Assembly (NCBI RefSeq): GCF_004010195.1
Contig: NC_057718.1
Span: forward strand, 27,973,974 to 28,037,973
Direction of reading: 5' to 3'
Origin: Chiloscyllium plagiosum
Taxonomy: Eukaryota
DNA: 64,000 nucleotides
The stretch's first letter is position 1, and the number at the start of each line of letters is the position of its first letter. Below, piece after piece: positions 13,101 through 25,126 of the stretch. The translations under genes and the position numbers were made by a program. Under the pieces are notes generated by a model. That model ran no database searches, was not told the DNA's origin, and saw only the letters and a program-made list of their open reading frames with translations.

Positions 13101-13536
13101 CTTCCTGTCAGATGTTGGAGATCAGAGAAATTTTGAAGGTCCTTGGAGGGAAAGTCCCTGCAGGATGTGTGTTTGGTTGTGAATCCTATCAGATTGCATA
13201 GAATGTTTGGAGTGGGAGTTAGTGGCGATGAGTTTACAAGAGCAAGGGAGTGTGCTCAATGGTAGTTTCAGGAAGGTGGAGACACCACAGATAGAGTCGG
13301 GTACATGGTTGACTGATAAGGAGAGGTTGTCAGGTAGTATAGAAATCTCCTGTGGCTATCCCCATCTCAAACAGTTATGCCATTTGGTTGCTCTTGGAGC
13401 AGGTGGCCTCTCAAGGGAGTATTATACTGATAGACAGGTTTCTAGTACCATAACTGGCTCTACTGTAATGAGGGATATGTTGGGTTCCAAGCAGCCATGA
13501 GCAAGACATCAGGATGATATGTTGCCTCTCTGGTGC

Positions 13537-13923
13537 TGTTAGCTTCCTCCTTGAGATTATTACATGCTTGATGCAACTGCATTACATCAACTTGCGTGAA
13601 CAGCCACAATTTACTTGAGCAAGTACAGGCTTTTGGAGGGTCACTTAACACACTTTGTGATGCTTGTGGAATGTGTCAAGCGAGGCTCTCTGAACAAGGG
13701 AACTGTTCTCCCTTTGTACAGAGTTTTACATCGCAGTCAGTCATGTATGCAAGACACAACCCCCTGCCACTCCCCCACAGTCACATGCCACCCAAAAACA
13801 ATGTAAAGTGATTAGATTATTCTTCAAAACAATATTTACAGAGTGTGATTAGTAAAACACCCCACCCCAGGACATCCAATTTCTTACATGTCAGCAGAAC
13901 AAATGAACCCTTTTACCATCTCA
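13537..13923 (-). repeat. 3' LTR of the provirus (387 bp)
   Basis: tgttagc...catctca; colinear with 16175-16611 and 5196-5678. Confidence 0.93.
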
Positions 13924-13935
13924 ATCCCTCCTTTT
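13924..13935 (-). other. Polypurine tract
   Basis: Minus strand AAAAGGAGGGAT directly before TGAGA of the 3' LTR; the same motif occurs at 33182-33193. Confidence 0.85.
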
Positions 13936-13939
13936 ATCA

Positions 13940-14225
13940 TTCCATGATAACTGACACAAAGACGCTACCAGTTTATTCTTAAGCATCTGTCAGCCAGTAT
14001 TTAAGCAAGTTATTGACACACAACATACAATGATTATAACAACAAGAGTTTCTAGTCCATGCAATAATTAGGATCCCCAGGATCCTCCCATGTGGGAAAA
14101 AAGTGTTCACCAGTAAAGTTCTTAAATCCACAGATCCCCATGACCACTGCATTCCCCTCCAGGTTGTGTGGAAGCAAGCCAGTTACCAAAGTCTCCTTCA
14201 GTAAAGTTCAACTTGAAAACAAAAT
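13940..14225 (-). pseudogene. env-like remnant (membrane anchor and cytoplasmic tail)
   Basis: Minus strand reads GSWGS*LLHGLETLVVIIIVCCVSITCLNTG*QMLKNKLVASL: hydrophobic helix plus CC just upstream of the PPT; homologue in copy 2 reads GFSYLLHGLVIFVVIITACCVSITCL. Confidence 0.65.
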
Positions 14226-14238
14226 TCAGTCTGGCTCT

Positions 14239-14680
14239 GGTCAATTCTGATGTGTACAGCCCAGGCCTCCTGGAGATGTAGGGATCAGTGCTGTTCCTGC
14301 AAGATCATAGGGGTCTTGTGCAATGAAGTGTGCTCCCAAGGCAGAGTGCATATTTGTGGGGTTAGGTTTAGCCATCAGTTTGCTTTTCACCATCTTTGTG
14401 TTTACTGTTGCAAATTCCAAATGGGAGAGTCTGAGAATTTTCAGGATCAAATTGAATGCCGTTTAATGCATTCTTTATTGGTTCTACTCCCGCTCTGCTG
14501 TCAAATGTAACAAAGCCAACTGGCTGTTTTGATGGTAGCTTGATCAGTGAACCTTCATATCCCTTAAATGTTTAAAAGAGCAGGTAACGCTCACGTGGTT
14601 TAATATCCATTGGAAGGCTTCTGACAAAAAACATACGGACCTTCTCTTCACTGTTGTTAGCTTCATCACTTTCTTCCTGC
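14239..14680 (-). pseudogene. RBPMS2: Intronless RBPMS2/Hermes-like RRM cDNA captured in the ERV (copy 1; one stop, frameshifts, C-terminus deleted)
   Basis: [74 protein letters not shown] / [51 protein letters not shown] / EAWA / LYTSELT; [14 protein letters not shown] is RBPMS2-type. Confidence 0.9.
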
Positions 14681-15213
14681 TCATGACTGGGAGCTGATTG
14701 AATCCGTTGTGTCCCCCTACTCCGGGCAGGCGGTGCTGGTGCTGGGAGAGCAGGAGCGGTTGCCAGAATGGGTGTGATATGTTCCGGGGTCAATTGTCTA
14801 TCAGAAGCACTGAGCAAGGTTCCGAGGAATGTGACTTGGTGCTGAGTGTGCAATTTCTCTGGGTCGGGGCATCCCCCTGTAAACGCTGCATAGTGACATG
14901 TCTGGTATGCCTGTTGTTTTCGAGGCAGGTGATCGATTCAGCATCTGCCGATTCATAGAGAACACAATAAAATTGCGGTCTTTGGCAGCTCGACCAGCTC
15001 AGGCATTGCCAGTGCTGATGTCCGTATTGTCCATTACATGGGCAGCACATTTGATTATGGAAAATTACTTGAGGAGGAGGATGGCTTTGAGATGATTTTG
15101 GACATGTAGTGAGTTCAGAATAGGTGTCCCTGAGGAGGTCAAAAAATCCACGTTGTGACCATAGCTGGTCATCGGTGTCAATATTTTGAAACATGATTGG
15201 CAGACTAGACATG

Positions 15214-15693
15214 TCAGGAGGTACCTCCCATTTTATTCCCACCTGATAGTCTGGCTTGGCGTTTCAACCCTGATTCCTTATTTTGCCTCTGTTTTTCCTG
15301 TTTTTCTCTACTCATATCATAATCCTAACACTAACTCTTCAGCATCTCCCAAGGCTTGGGGTTTCCCTCATGATCGCACACTCTAATCCCTCTTTGACGT
15401 GCGTTATTCTACCAGCTGGCCTGTTTTGATTTATTCGTTATTTCCTCAGCAGTCTTCCTCCACGCAGACATTAAAGTTTTCCACTTAGTCCCCGTATTCC
15501 TTTTCCAAATTGCCTCCTCTGCTTTTAAACATTTATCGATGTCCCAAAGTCTTCCTATCGGCCAAATTTCATTTCCCAATTTTTGATTTAAACATCCTGA
15601 CAGGTGCCTGAACCATTCCTAATTTTTGGGGTCATCCTGGCATAACAGATGAAAAGGGGTTCCGACACCTGACTTATCCAGCATCTGTCCCTT
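15214..15693 (-). pseudogene. gag matrix-like remnant
   Basis: 160-codon frame with internal stops: KGQMLDKSGVGTPFHLLCQDDPKN*EWFRHLSGCLNQKLGNEIWPIGRLWDIDKCLKAEEAIWKRNTGTKWKTLMSAWRK...; AAG-GGA-CAG is one change from an MGQ myristoylation start; WPxGxxWD resembles the gamma/epsilon matrix motif; about 460 nt downstream of the PBS. Confidence 0.6.
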
Positions 15694-16154
15694 TTTAAAG
15701 TCTCAACTTCCTGACTTATCCCTGTATACTAATCCAGTGTCCTCAGTCTCCACATCCACTTCAGAGTTCTGACCTTTGCGTGGGGGATTTCCCAATAACC
15801 GGCCTAAAGCAGTGATCGAGACAGACACAGTAGTTATCCTGTACCTTATGTGCCATGTTCCGGGGCCTCAAATCCCACTATTAGTCGACCCTAGCCTCCG
15901 AATTTCAGTGAGTCTGTAACCTCCCTTTCCAATAACTTATAGTTCTGAGAATTCTAACCTCCAAATTCCCTCACTGGGACAAACTGGTTGGCATAAGTTA
16001 TCTCCGAGATTCTGTCACTACAGAGTCCTCTGGGATGAGGGGTCGACTGAGTGATAGGTTAGTGAGAGAGATCAAGGTAAATCTTAGCTTGTGAGCCCAT
16101 CTGTCTCACGTTACCGTCACACAGGCGATCACTTATTCAGTCTGCTTATGTGGA

Positions 16155-16172
16155 ATACCAGTCTCATTGCCA
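16155..16172 (-). other. Primer binding site, tRNA-Ser(GCU)-like and decayed
   Basis: Minus strand ...CTAACA tt TGGCAATGAGACTGGTAT versus recalled tRNA-Ser(GCU) complement TGGCGACGAGGATGGGAT (13/18; two mismatches are CpG transitions). Confidence 0.6.
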
Positions 16173-16174
16173 AA

Positions 16175-16611
16175 TGTTAGGTTCCCTTCTTTAGATTGTT
16201 ACATGCTTGATGCAACTACAATACGCCAGCTTCTGTGAACAGTCATGATTTATTTCAGCAAGCACAAGCTTTTGGAGGATCACAGTGCTCTTTGCGATGC
16301 TTGTGGAGCATGTCAAGCGAGGCTCTCTGAATAAGGGAACCATTCACCCTTTATATAGGATTTTACATCACAGTCCGTGATGCGTGCAAGGCACAACCCC
16401 TGCCGTTCCTCCATAGTCACATGCCACCCAAAAACAATGTAAAGTGATTAGGTTATTCCTTAAAGCAGTGAGAGATTAACTTATTCCTTAAAGCAGTATT
16501 TACAGAGTATGATTAGATTGTCACATTCTGCCTGCAAGACTGAAAAACGCCACCCCCAGGACATTCGATTTCTTACATGTCAGCAGAACAAATTAACCCT
16601 TTCATGTCTCA
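16175..16611 (-). repeat. 5' LTR of the provirus (437 bp)
   Basis: tgttagg...gtctca; minus-strand TATA cctatataaaggg and AATAAA; adjoins the PBS. Confidence 0.93.
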
Positions 16612-18419
16612 GTGCCAGAGTCAGGCATGTCTCTGGTATGTGCAGAATATTATGAGAGGGGAGAGTTACTAGCAGGAGATCATTGTTCATGATGGTACAT
16701 CTGAGGCTGGTACAGTTGAGGTGAGGAGCTAGTCAGATAAGGGCATGTTGGAGCAAGACAGAGAATGAAGTGAAACTGATAAATTAAACTGCATTTATTT
16801 CAGTGCAAGAGGCCTGACAGGTAAGACAGATGAACTCGGGGCATGGTTGGCATCATGGGATTAGGATATTCTAGCCGTTAGAGAAATGTGGCTCAGGGAG
16901 GGGCAGAACTGGCTGCTTAATGTTCCTGGGTACAGATGCTATAAGAGGAGGTGGGGAGGAACAAGAGAGGAGGAGGAATAGTGCTTTTGGTTAGGGGTAA
17001 CATTACTGTTGTGCTTGAGGAGGATTATTCCTGGGAGTACATAGTGAAGTCGTTTGGGGGAAACTGAGAAATAAGGAAGGGGCGATCACCTTTTGGGGTT
17101 GTATTACAGGCAGGAATTTGAGAGGCAATTACGTAAGGAGATCTCAGATATCTGGAAGGCAAATTGGAAATATAGTGGGCACGAAGAAGGTTACCTTTGA
17201 GTACAACGGGATCTTGATTAGATGAGCGAATGGGCTGAGTGACAGATGGAGTTTAATTTAGATAAATGTGAGGTATTGCATTTTGGGAAGGCAAATCTTA
17301 GCAGGACTTATACATTTAATGGTAAGGTCCTAGGGAGTATTGCTGTACAAAGTGACCTTGGAGTGCAGGTTCATAGCTCCTTGAAAGTGGAGTTGCAGGT
17401 AGATAAGATCGTGAAGAAGGCGTTTGGTATGCTTTCCTTTATCAGTCAGAGTATGAGTACAGGAGTTGGGAGGTCATGTTGCAGCTGTACAGGACATTTG
17501 TTAGGCTACTTTTCGAATATTGCGTAAAGATTTACAAGGATATTGCCAGGGTTGGAGGATTTGAGCGATAGGGTGAGGCTGAACAGGCTGGGGCTGTTTT
17601 CCATCGACCGTCGGAGGCTGAGGGATGACCTTATAGAGGTTTATAAAATTGAGGGGCATGGGTAGAGTAAATGGACAAGTCTTTTCCCTGAGGTGGGGGG
17701 AGGGGTGGGCTTGTCTAAAATTAGAGGACACAGATTTGCAGTGAGAGGGGAAAGATATAAAATAGACCTAAGGGGTAACATTTTCACACAGAGGTGCGTG
17801 TGTGGAGTGCCAGAGGAAGTGGTAGAGGCTGGTACAATTACAGCATATAAAAGGCATCTGGATAGGCATATGAATAGGAAGGGTTTGGAGGGATTTGGGC
17901 TTGATGCTGGCAGGTGGGACTAGAGTGGGTTGGGATATCAGATCGGCATGGGGGAGTTGGGGGAGAACGGCGGGGTGAGACCGAGGCTAAACCTAGCACA
18001 CGTTTCTGTCATTGTGCTAATGGCTGTCTTGAGAGCGATTCAAGAATTTTGTGCCTTTCACACTATTTGTGTCCTCTTGGTTGATATTTGTGTAGCTGAA
18101 GTCCCCTGACTATTGTTGCCTTTTCATCTGCACTCAGGTTTGTTTACACATTTAATCCTCCAGCTCTCTCAGTATTTGAGGGTCTCTTGTGCACTCACAC
18201 CAATGTGTGGCTGTCCTTTGTTATTTATGGTCTCCTTTGATACTTCATTTAGTTTAACATCCCTCCTCACAGTTATAAATGATTCTTGAGAACATAATGC
18301 TAAACTTTTTTTATTCCCTTCTCTATCTTGCCTAAAATTCGTATATCCAGAGATGGTAACCATCTTCGCTTCGAATGAAGTCAAATTTCTGTGATAGTAT
18401 TGATTTTTTTTTCCCCCAA

Positions 18420-20170
18420 ACTTGTGGGACTTGTGGTCGTTGGCTTGGTCAGCATTTATTGCCAGTCCTGAGTTGTTGTTGAGAAGGTGGTGGTGAACTG
18501 CCTTCTTGAGCAAAAGCAGTCCTTGTGCTATAGGTAAATTGACAATGCTAGGAAGGAGGGAATTGGAGGAATTTGACTCAGGAACACCAATATTCACATT
18601 ATACATTAACGATCTGACAAAGGAACTGAGGGCATTGTTGCCAGGTTTACAGATGACAGATAGATGGAGGGACAGATAGTGTTGCAGAAGTGGGGAGGCT
18701 GCAGAAGAATTTGGGCAGGCTAGGAAAATGGGCAAGAAGTGGCAGATGGAAGAATAGAGGTGTAGAGTATTTTTCTAAATCAGGAAAGACTTTGGAAATC
18801 AGAAGCACAAAGAGACTTGGGAGTTCTAGTTCAAGATTCTCTTAAGGTTAATGTACAGGTAAAACAGGTGGTGAGGCAATAGAAGGCTCTGGTCAGACTG
18901 TATTTGGAATTTTGAGAGCAGTTTTGGGCCCTGTATCTAAGGAAAGAAGTACTGGCATTAGAGGGGCTACAGAGGAGATTTATGTGAATAATCCTGGGGA
19001 TGAAAGACTTGTTGTATGAGAACTTTGAGTCTGTATTCAATGGAATTCAGAAGGATGGGGTGACATTTGTTTGAAACTGAGAATACTGAGAGGCCTGGTT
19101 AGAGTGTATGTAGAGAAGATGTTTCAATGAATGAGAGAGACTGGGACCAAGGGCACAGCCTCAGAGTGAAGGGATAACCCTTTTGAACTGAGGTGAGGAA
19201 TTTATTCAGCCAGAAGGTGATGAATCAGTGGAACTCATTATGACAGAAGGCTTTGGAAGCTAATTCATAGGTTCTTGATTAGTAAGAGGATCAAGGGTTA
19301 CAGGGAGAAGGCAGGGGAATGGAGTTGAGAAACAAATCAGTCTTTACTGAATGGTATAACAGACTTGGGGGGCCGAATGGCCTAATTCTGCCCCCATCTC
19401 TTCCAAGTCCAGGATGGTGAGTGGCTTGGAGGAGAGATTGTTGGTGGTGGTCTTCCTATTTATCTGCTGCCCTTCTAGATGGTAATGGTTGTATGTTTGG
19501 AAGGTGCTGTCTAAGGAGCCTTGCTGTGTTTCTGCAGTGCATCTTGTAGATCGTATGTACTGCTGTTGAGTCAGTGCTGGAGGGAGTGAATGTTTGTGGA
19601 TATGGTGTCAGTCAAGGGAACTGCTTTGTTCTGGATAGTGTCAAGCTGCTTGACTAAAAATGGAGCTGCACTCATCCAGTAATGTAGGGATTATTTCATT
19701 ACACTCCTGACTTGTGCCCTATAGATGGTGGACTGGTTTTTGGATGTCAGGAGGTGAGTTACTTGATGCAGTATTTCTCATTGCTGGCTGCTCTTGTGGC
19801 TACTCTATTTATATGGCTAATCCAGTTCAGGTCCTTGTCAGTGGTAAACCCCAGAGTGTTGATAGTGGGAGATTCAGTGGTGGTAATGCTATTGAATGGG
19901 GTAGTGGCTAGATTGTCTAGCCGTTGTGTAGCATGAATGTTACTTTCCAATTGTCAGCCCAAGACTGGATACTGTCCAGCTTTTGCTGCATTAGGACATG
20001 GACTACTTCCCTATCTGAGGAGTTATGAATGGTGTTGCACGTTGTGCAGGCATTGGTGAACACGTGCACTTATGGCTTTTATAATGGACAGAAAGTCATT
20101 GAAGTAGCTGAAGGTATTTGGCCAATGATCCTACCCTGAGGAACTTTAGACTTTGCAGGGACGTCAGGGC
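18420..20170 (-). mobile_element. L2/CR1-group LINE (minus) with a + strand CR1 fragment nested at about 18590-19400
   Basis: ORF 19759-19950 DKDLNWISHIN; 3' end matches the reverse complement of 9250-9360; nested piece encodes degenerate DD and LVRLYLEF motifs and has a CR1 3' UTR. Confidence 0.65.
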
Positions 20171-21894
20171 TGATTTTGTCATGGTTGTTTCTGGTGTCTG
20201 GGTTGATACCAGGAGGTCCATCCAGGTTTCGTTTCATTCTTCCAAACTTTGTAGCAATTAATAGAACTGAATGGCTGACTAGTCCATTTCAGAAGGTAGT
20301 TAAAAGTCAACCACTTTGTGATGGGTCTGAAGTTACAGGTAGTGCAGGCCAAGTAAGGACAGTAGGTTTTCTTCCCTAAGAGCTGAATTCCAAAGGTGAA
20401 GTGAGAGTAACTGCGCTTGACATCAATGGAATTTAATAGAGTGTAGCATGAAGGAGCCATTGTTTAAATCAAGCTTGTAATGAGGTCAGGGTTGATGTAA
20501 CTCAAACTGAGTGTCTGAGCAGGTGCTGTTTGATTGTCCTGTTGATGACACCTGCCATCACGTTTTACTGATTATAGACCCTGTGATTTTCTAGATTTTC
20601 CTATGTTTTGCTGGCATGTGTCTTGTTTTTATTTGTTATAATACTTATTTGTATATATAACTTAGTGCTGCTGTTGTCTGTGCTGTACAATTTTTAACCT
20701 GCCTCTGACTTTCAGTGTCACTCATTGAGTTCAGCCTCCCTTTCCCTGCTCTGAATTTCCCCTCTAGTTTCCATTATCCTATCAATCCACTTTAAACTTG
20801 CCTAGCAGTACGAACAAATCTCCTTGTGTGGGTACTTAGCATGGAACTGTTCAGGTGTCCAGCTACTGCAGGTCCCATCTTCTACAAAACCAGCGTATTA
20901 TGCCAGCTACATAGCTTGTATTCAGTCACTCATTTCCCTATTTCTGTGCCATCAGCCTATGGGACTGAGAGTAATCCTGATACTATTGGTTTCAGGACAT
21001 TATGACTGTTGGTACCAATAGGACCTGGTACTCTGCTCGTGACTTATGGACACGACTTATGATTTCAAATGATAGTGCTTGCTGGATCCTAGAATGAAAC
21101 TTGGCTCAAAGGATCTTTTTTGAAGTTTTAGTAAATGCAGAGGTCGTTCACTGACACATAGTTGCATTAGTCTATAGAGTTTTTTAAACAAAAGTTCATT
21201 GTCAGTTGATAATGAAAAAAGACAGTTATCTTGATAAAACTGACAGCTTGAAAGATTGTAATAATCACAACAAAATAAATTCTCATTCCATTTCTCAGTA
21301 TACACACTGTCACGGATACTCAAATCTAGAGAAATTATCCCTCTCCATCTAACGCTTAAATTTGACTTTTATTGATTCTGTCCAGTTCTTGACTCTCAAA
21401 TGCAATCAACCAAAATGGAGAGCTTAGATTTCCACAGCTCAGTCGCACACCGATCTACCAAACATACTCGGTATGGATGTTGCACAAACTAAATTTTTCT
21501 AGAGGTAGTTGCTTTCCCTCAACTTTGCCTTTTCTTTTTCTAAGAAAAAAACAGGTGCAACACAGCAACGGCAGTTAGTCATTTCTGCAGCCTAGATGTG
21601 TGATGCATATTGAGATCTTGCAGAATCTCAGACATAATCGATACTGAGGGAACTGGCTAGGAAATTGAAGATTACAATGGGCAATTCGCCTACACCAAAG
21701 TTTCTGTTTAAATTGAAGAGTTTGGAGGGTTCCCTGCAGTTAAGTAAACAGTTATCAGAAAATGTTAAACTATTAACAACCTTATGTAAATTCTGGGTAA
21801 CTAATATTGAGTGCACAACTTTCCGCATCCATGTCCCCAAACACAACATCCCCAACCTTGGAACTTGGACTGATACTGTCTGCCCCCCAAACCC

Positions 21895-22020
21895 ATTCTC
21901 CCTTTCTTTCTCCCTCACCATACCTCTTTCCCCCCCCCCCCTCTCTCTCACTCTCCTCCTTTTCCCCTTCCCTCCCTCCCCTCTTTCTCTCCCTCCCTCC
22001 CTCTTTCCCCCCCACCCCAC
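21895..22020 (+). repeat. Polypyrimidine low-complexity tract
   Basis: About 125 nt of almost only C/T. Confidence 0.9.
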
Positions 22021-24109
22021 CAACCGTCCATTAACGTTCAGGAGTCCATTCTCTAACACTTTGGGTTTTGATGTAGAGGTGCCAGTATTAGACTGGGGTG
22101 GACAAAGTTAAAAATCTCACAACACCGGGTTGCAGTCCAACAGGTTTGTTTGGAAGCACTAGTGTTTGGAGTGCTGCTCCTTCAGGTAGCTGTGGAGCAG
22201 GTTCATAAGACGCACAATTAATAGCAAAAGATCTCACTGGGTTATGTTACTGTCTGACATAATAGGTTATGTGATGTGCCACTGTTTTGAAATGCAAACT
22301 CTCAAAATGATGTTCGTATATAATTCAGATCCTTTTTTCTCATAAATGAGAGCAGTGCAGGGATTGGAAAGGGGAATTGTCATGTAGAAATTCACTGCAG
22401 AAAAACAAATTGGCTAAAGGTTGGATGGATTAAAGAAAATTAGGGAGGGAAGTAGAATGAGCATATAAAGAGAAATCTTTCAGGCTTCTCACTATATGAT
22501 GTAATTTTTAAAAGTAATTAATTCATGCGATGCCACTGGCGTGGCCAGCATTTTTTGCTGTCCTGCATTGCCCCGAGGGATATTGCTGTGTGTCTGGAGT
22601 CACGTGTATACCAGATCCATTTAAGACAGCAGGAGTTGTTGCTGTTTTCTCACATGTAATACATGTGCCATTGTCAACCAATTCTGTCTTTGCGTTTCAC
22701 ATCTTGATTGGGAAGAATACCAACAGCAGATGCTAGATGTCCCAATGTAAATATCTTGCCCTTGTTTCAACTCTGCGTGTTCAGATTTGAAGGCTGTAAG
22801 CGTTAAGAGTAGGCAAAGAGTTAATGTTTTGTAGGTTTTCCACCCACAGAATTACAGGAAATGATTTCTTTGTCAGATGAGTGTAAACCAGTCCAGGCAG
22901 GGTGATGAGGTTGAGAAGTGACTGGTAGGGGTTAGACAATCTAAACTTGCACTTTAAGATTTACAACAGAATTCCTGAATTTGAAGTTTTATTTTCGGTT
23001 TCATGCTGTCAGTATTTTGTAGGCCCGAAGGAACAAATTCAGGGTTTGTCGTCTTCTATGTCTGTTGTACTCCAGCATTGAAGGTGAGTTTAAGAACTGT
23101 CTTTTGAAAAAAAAACTCTTATGCTGTACAGGTGTTTATTTTTAGGTTACTTTTATTTTTTTTGTTTCGCTTTGCTGTTTTCCCTCGGACCGTCGCTCGC
23201 AGTAGAAAGTAGAATCGGGCAGGGAGCATTTGGAGGCCTTCTGGTTCTGACCAAAGCATTATTATTTATGTAACCTGGGACTGCGAGTTTTGGTAGGCTA
23301 TTCAAATTTACGATCCACCAACCTAGCTGTTAGTCATTAGGGGTGATTTTTGTGTGCTAAATGCATTGAGATCGTAGAAACCTTCCTTATAAGCGCATTT
23401 GAAATTTCACTATCAGGTGCACAGTTAAATTGAATATTGGTCATGCAACTGAATTCATTCCAGCTTAAGTTGCTGAACAGCCATCAACTGTTGTTCATAT
23501 ATAGTATTTCCCCCGCAACTGTAGTTGGCTTGATTTGTAAGGGCAAAACGGTGCATATTATAGCAAATGGAAATCATGTTTGAAGTGGAGAAAATTAGTC
23601 ATGTGAATATTGTTTGAACCAGCTAGCCTAGGCATCTAAAACTTAGTGTCGCCTGTTTTGTAACTCCCAGATGAAACAAGTGAGCTTGCTACAGGATCTT
23701 GGTTTTTAACCTGAAGTGTACCGTTCCTATAGATCTTATTTATAAGAGAGCAATTGTTAAGTAAGTTGGTTTGTCAAGGCAGCTGTTTTGATGTCTATGA
23801 AGAGTTGTAGTACACCACATGTGATGTTGAGGGGAATTCCAGAGGTGCGAACTGAGTAACTACCCTTGACATCAAGACTGCATTTTGATCAAGTGAGGCT
23901 CAAGGACCCCTCACAAAATTTGAGTTGATGGGAATGATGGAAATCTTTCCGCTGGTTGGAGTCAGACCTGGCATGAAGAAAGATGATTATGGCAGTTAGG
24001 GGTCAGTTGTCTTAGCACCAGGAGATTTCTGCAGGGGTTTCTCAGAGTAGTGTCCTTGGCCCAGCCATCTTCAACTGCCTCAATTACCTTCGCTCGATCG
24101 TAAGGTCAG

Positions 24110-24640
24110 TGACCCACATCTGGAGCGCTGTGAGCAGATATGGTCCTCTTATTTAAGGAAATACGTAATTTAATTGGAGGCAGTTCAGAGAAGGTTAATA
24201 GGATGATCTCTGGTATGGAGGGATTGTCTTCTGCATGAAGGCTAAACAAGTTGGAGCTCTACTCATTGGGGTTGAGAAGAATGAGAAGTAATCTCATAGA
24301 CTTATTTAGGATTCTTAAGGGGCTTGACAAGATAAATGCCAAGAGAATGTTTCCCCTTATGGGAGAGTCTGGGACCAGAGGACATAATCTCAGAATAAAG
24401 TGGTGCCAATTTAAGATTGCGGTGAGGAGGATCATTATCTGAGTTGAAAGTCTTCGGAACTCCTTGCTACGGTGTTGTGGGGTTAGAGTCCCTGTACATA
24501 ATTACAGCTGAGAGAAGATTCTTGATCTGGAAGGGAATAAAGGATTCTGGGTAGAATGCCAGAAACTGAAAGTGAGGATCAGCAATGGTGGCGCAAGCTC
24601 AAGGGGCTGAACAGCTTACTCATGTTCTTGTTTCTCATGA
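24110..24640 (+). mobile_element. CR1 LINE 3' fragment
   Basis: ORF 24251-24442 RRMRSNLIDLFRILKG...TRGHNLRI. Confidence 0.8.
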
Positions 24641-25126
24641 TATTATAAAGTGGGATGGTTGTTGATGACTGCAAATGTTTAGCACCATGTTTAGCATTAC
24701 TTAATCATGTCAATTTAAGGCACATACTCAAAAAAGCTCTAAGTTAGACTAGTGATCCTGTCAGATTTGTGTAGCAATTGATATTACAGAGCACTCTTAC
24801 CTCAGCTGCGGGTGATCTCTTTCTTTTTGTAAACGCACTGGAACGTTAGGTTTAATGGAAAGAATAGAAAGAGAAAAACATCGCTTACATTTTGGTGCAT
24901 TGAGGAGTTGTTGTCTGGCAATTGAAGCACTCTCTCCATCAGCCATTGGATTTATGAGGATTTGAAATATTTAGGAATGAGGATGTATTCTTGGGACTGT
25001 TGGGCAGTCACTTTTGCTGAGATCATTGACAATGACGTAACAGTTCAATGAGCCTGATACTAATGACTTGCATGTTCTTCATCAAGTGAATACACTGTCT
25101 CACTGTCATTACATGTTATTTTATGG

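Larger units (their letters stand above)
13537..16611 (-). mobile_element. Defective ERV-like provirus (3075 bp) carrying a captured RBPMS2-like cDNA
   Basis: Two LTRs (13537-13923, 16175-16611) with TG...CA ends; TSD GTGC (13533-13536 / 16612-16615); PBS, PPT, gag-like and env-like remnants; no pol. Confidence 0.92.
13070..17960 (+). mobile_element. Decayed CR1 LINE (ORF1, endonuclease and RT fragments) interrupted by the ERV at 13537-16611
   Basis: ORF1 Cys motif tgctcttcctgtcagatg; gttgcctctctggtgc|cagagtcagg rejoins the CR1 ORF1 (C)CLPGARV-like motif across the insertion; EN aactgcatttatttcagtgcaaga; RT MEFNLDKCEVLHFG. Confidence 0.85.

Noticed and set aside
14239..14680. Functional nested RBPMS2 gene
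   Set aside because: Intronless, with a stop at 14572-14574, frameshifts and a deleted C-terminus; copy 2 also has a stop and a large deletion
21628..22111. Overlapping Pro/Ser- and Gly/Arg-rich ORFs
   Set aside because: Artefacts of the low-complexity tract
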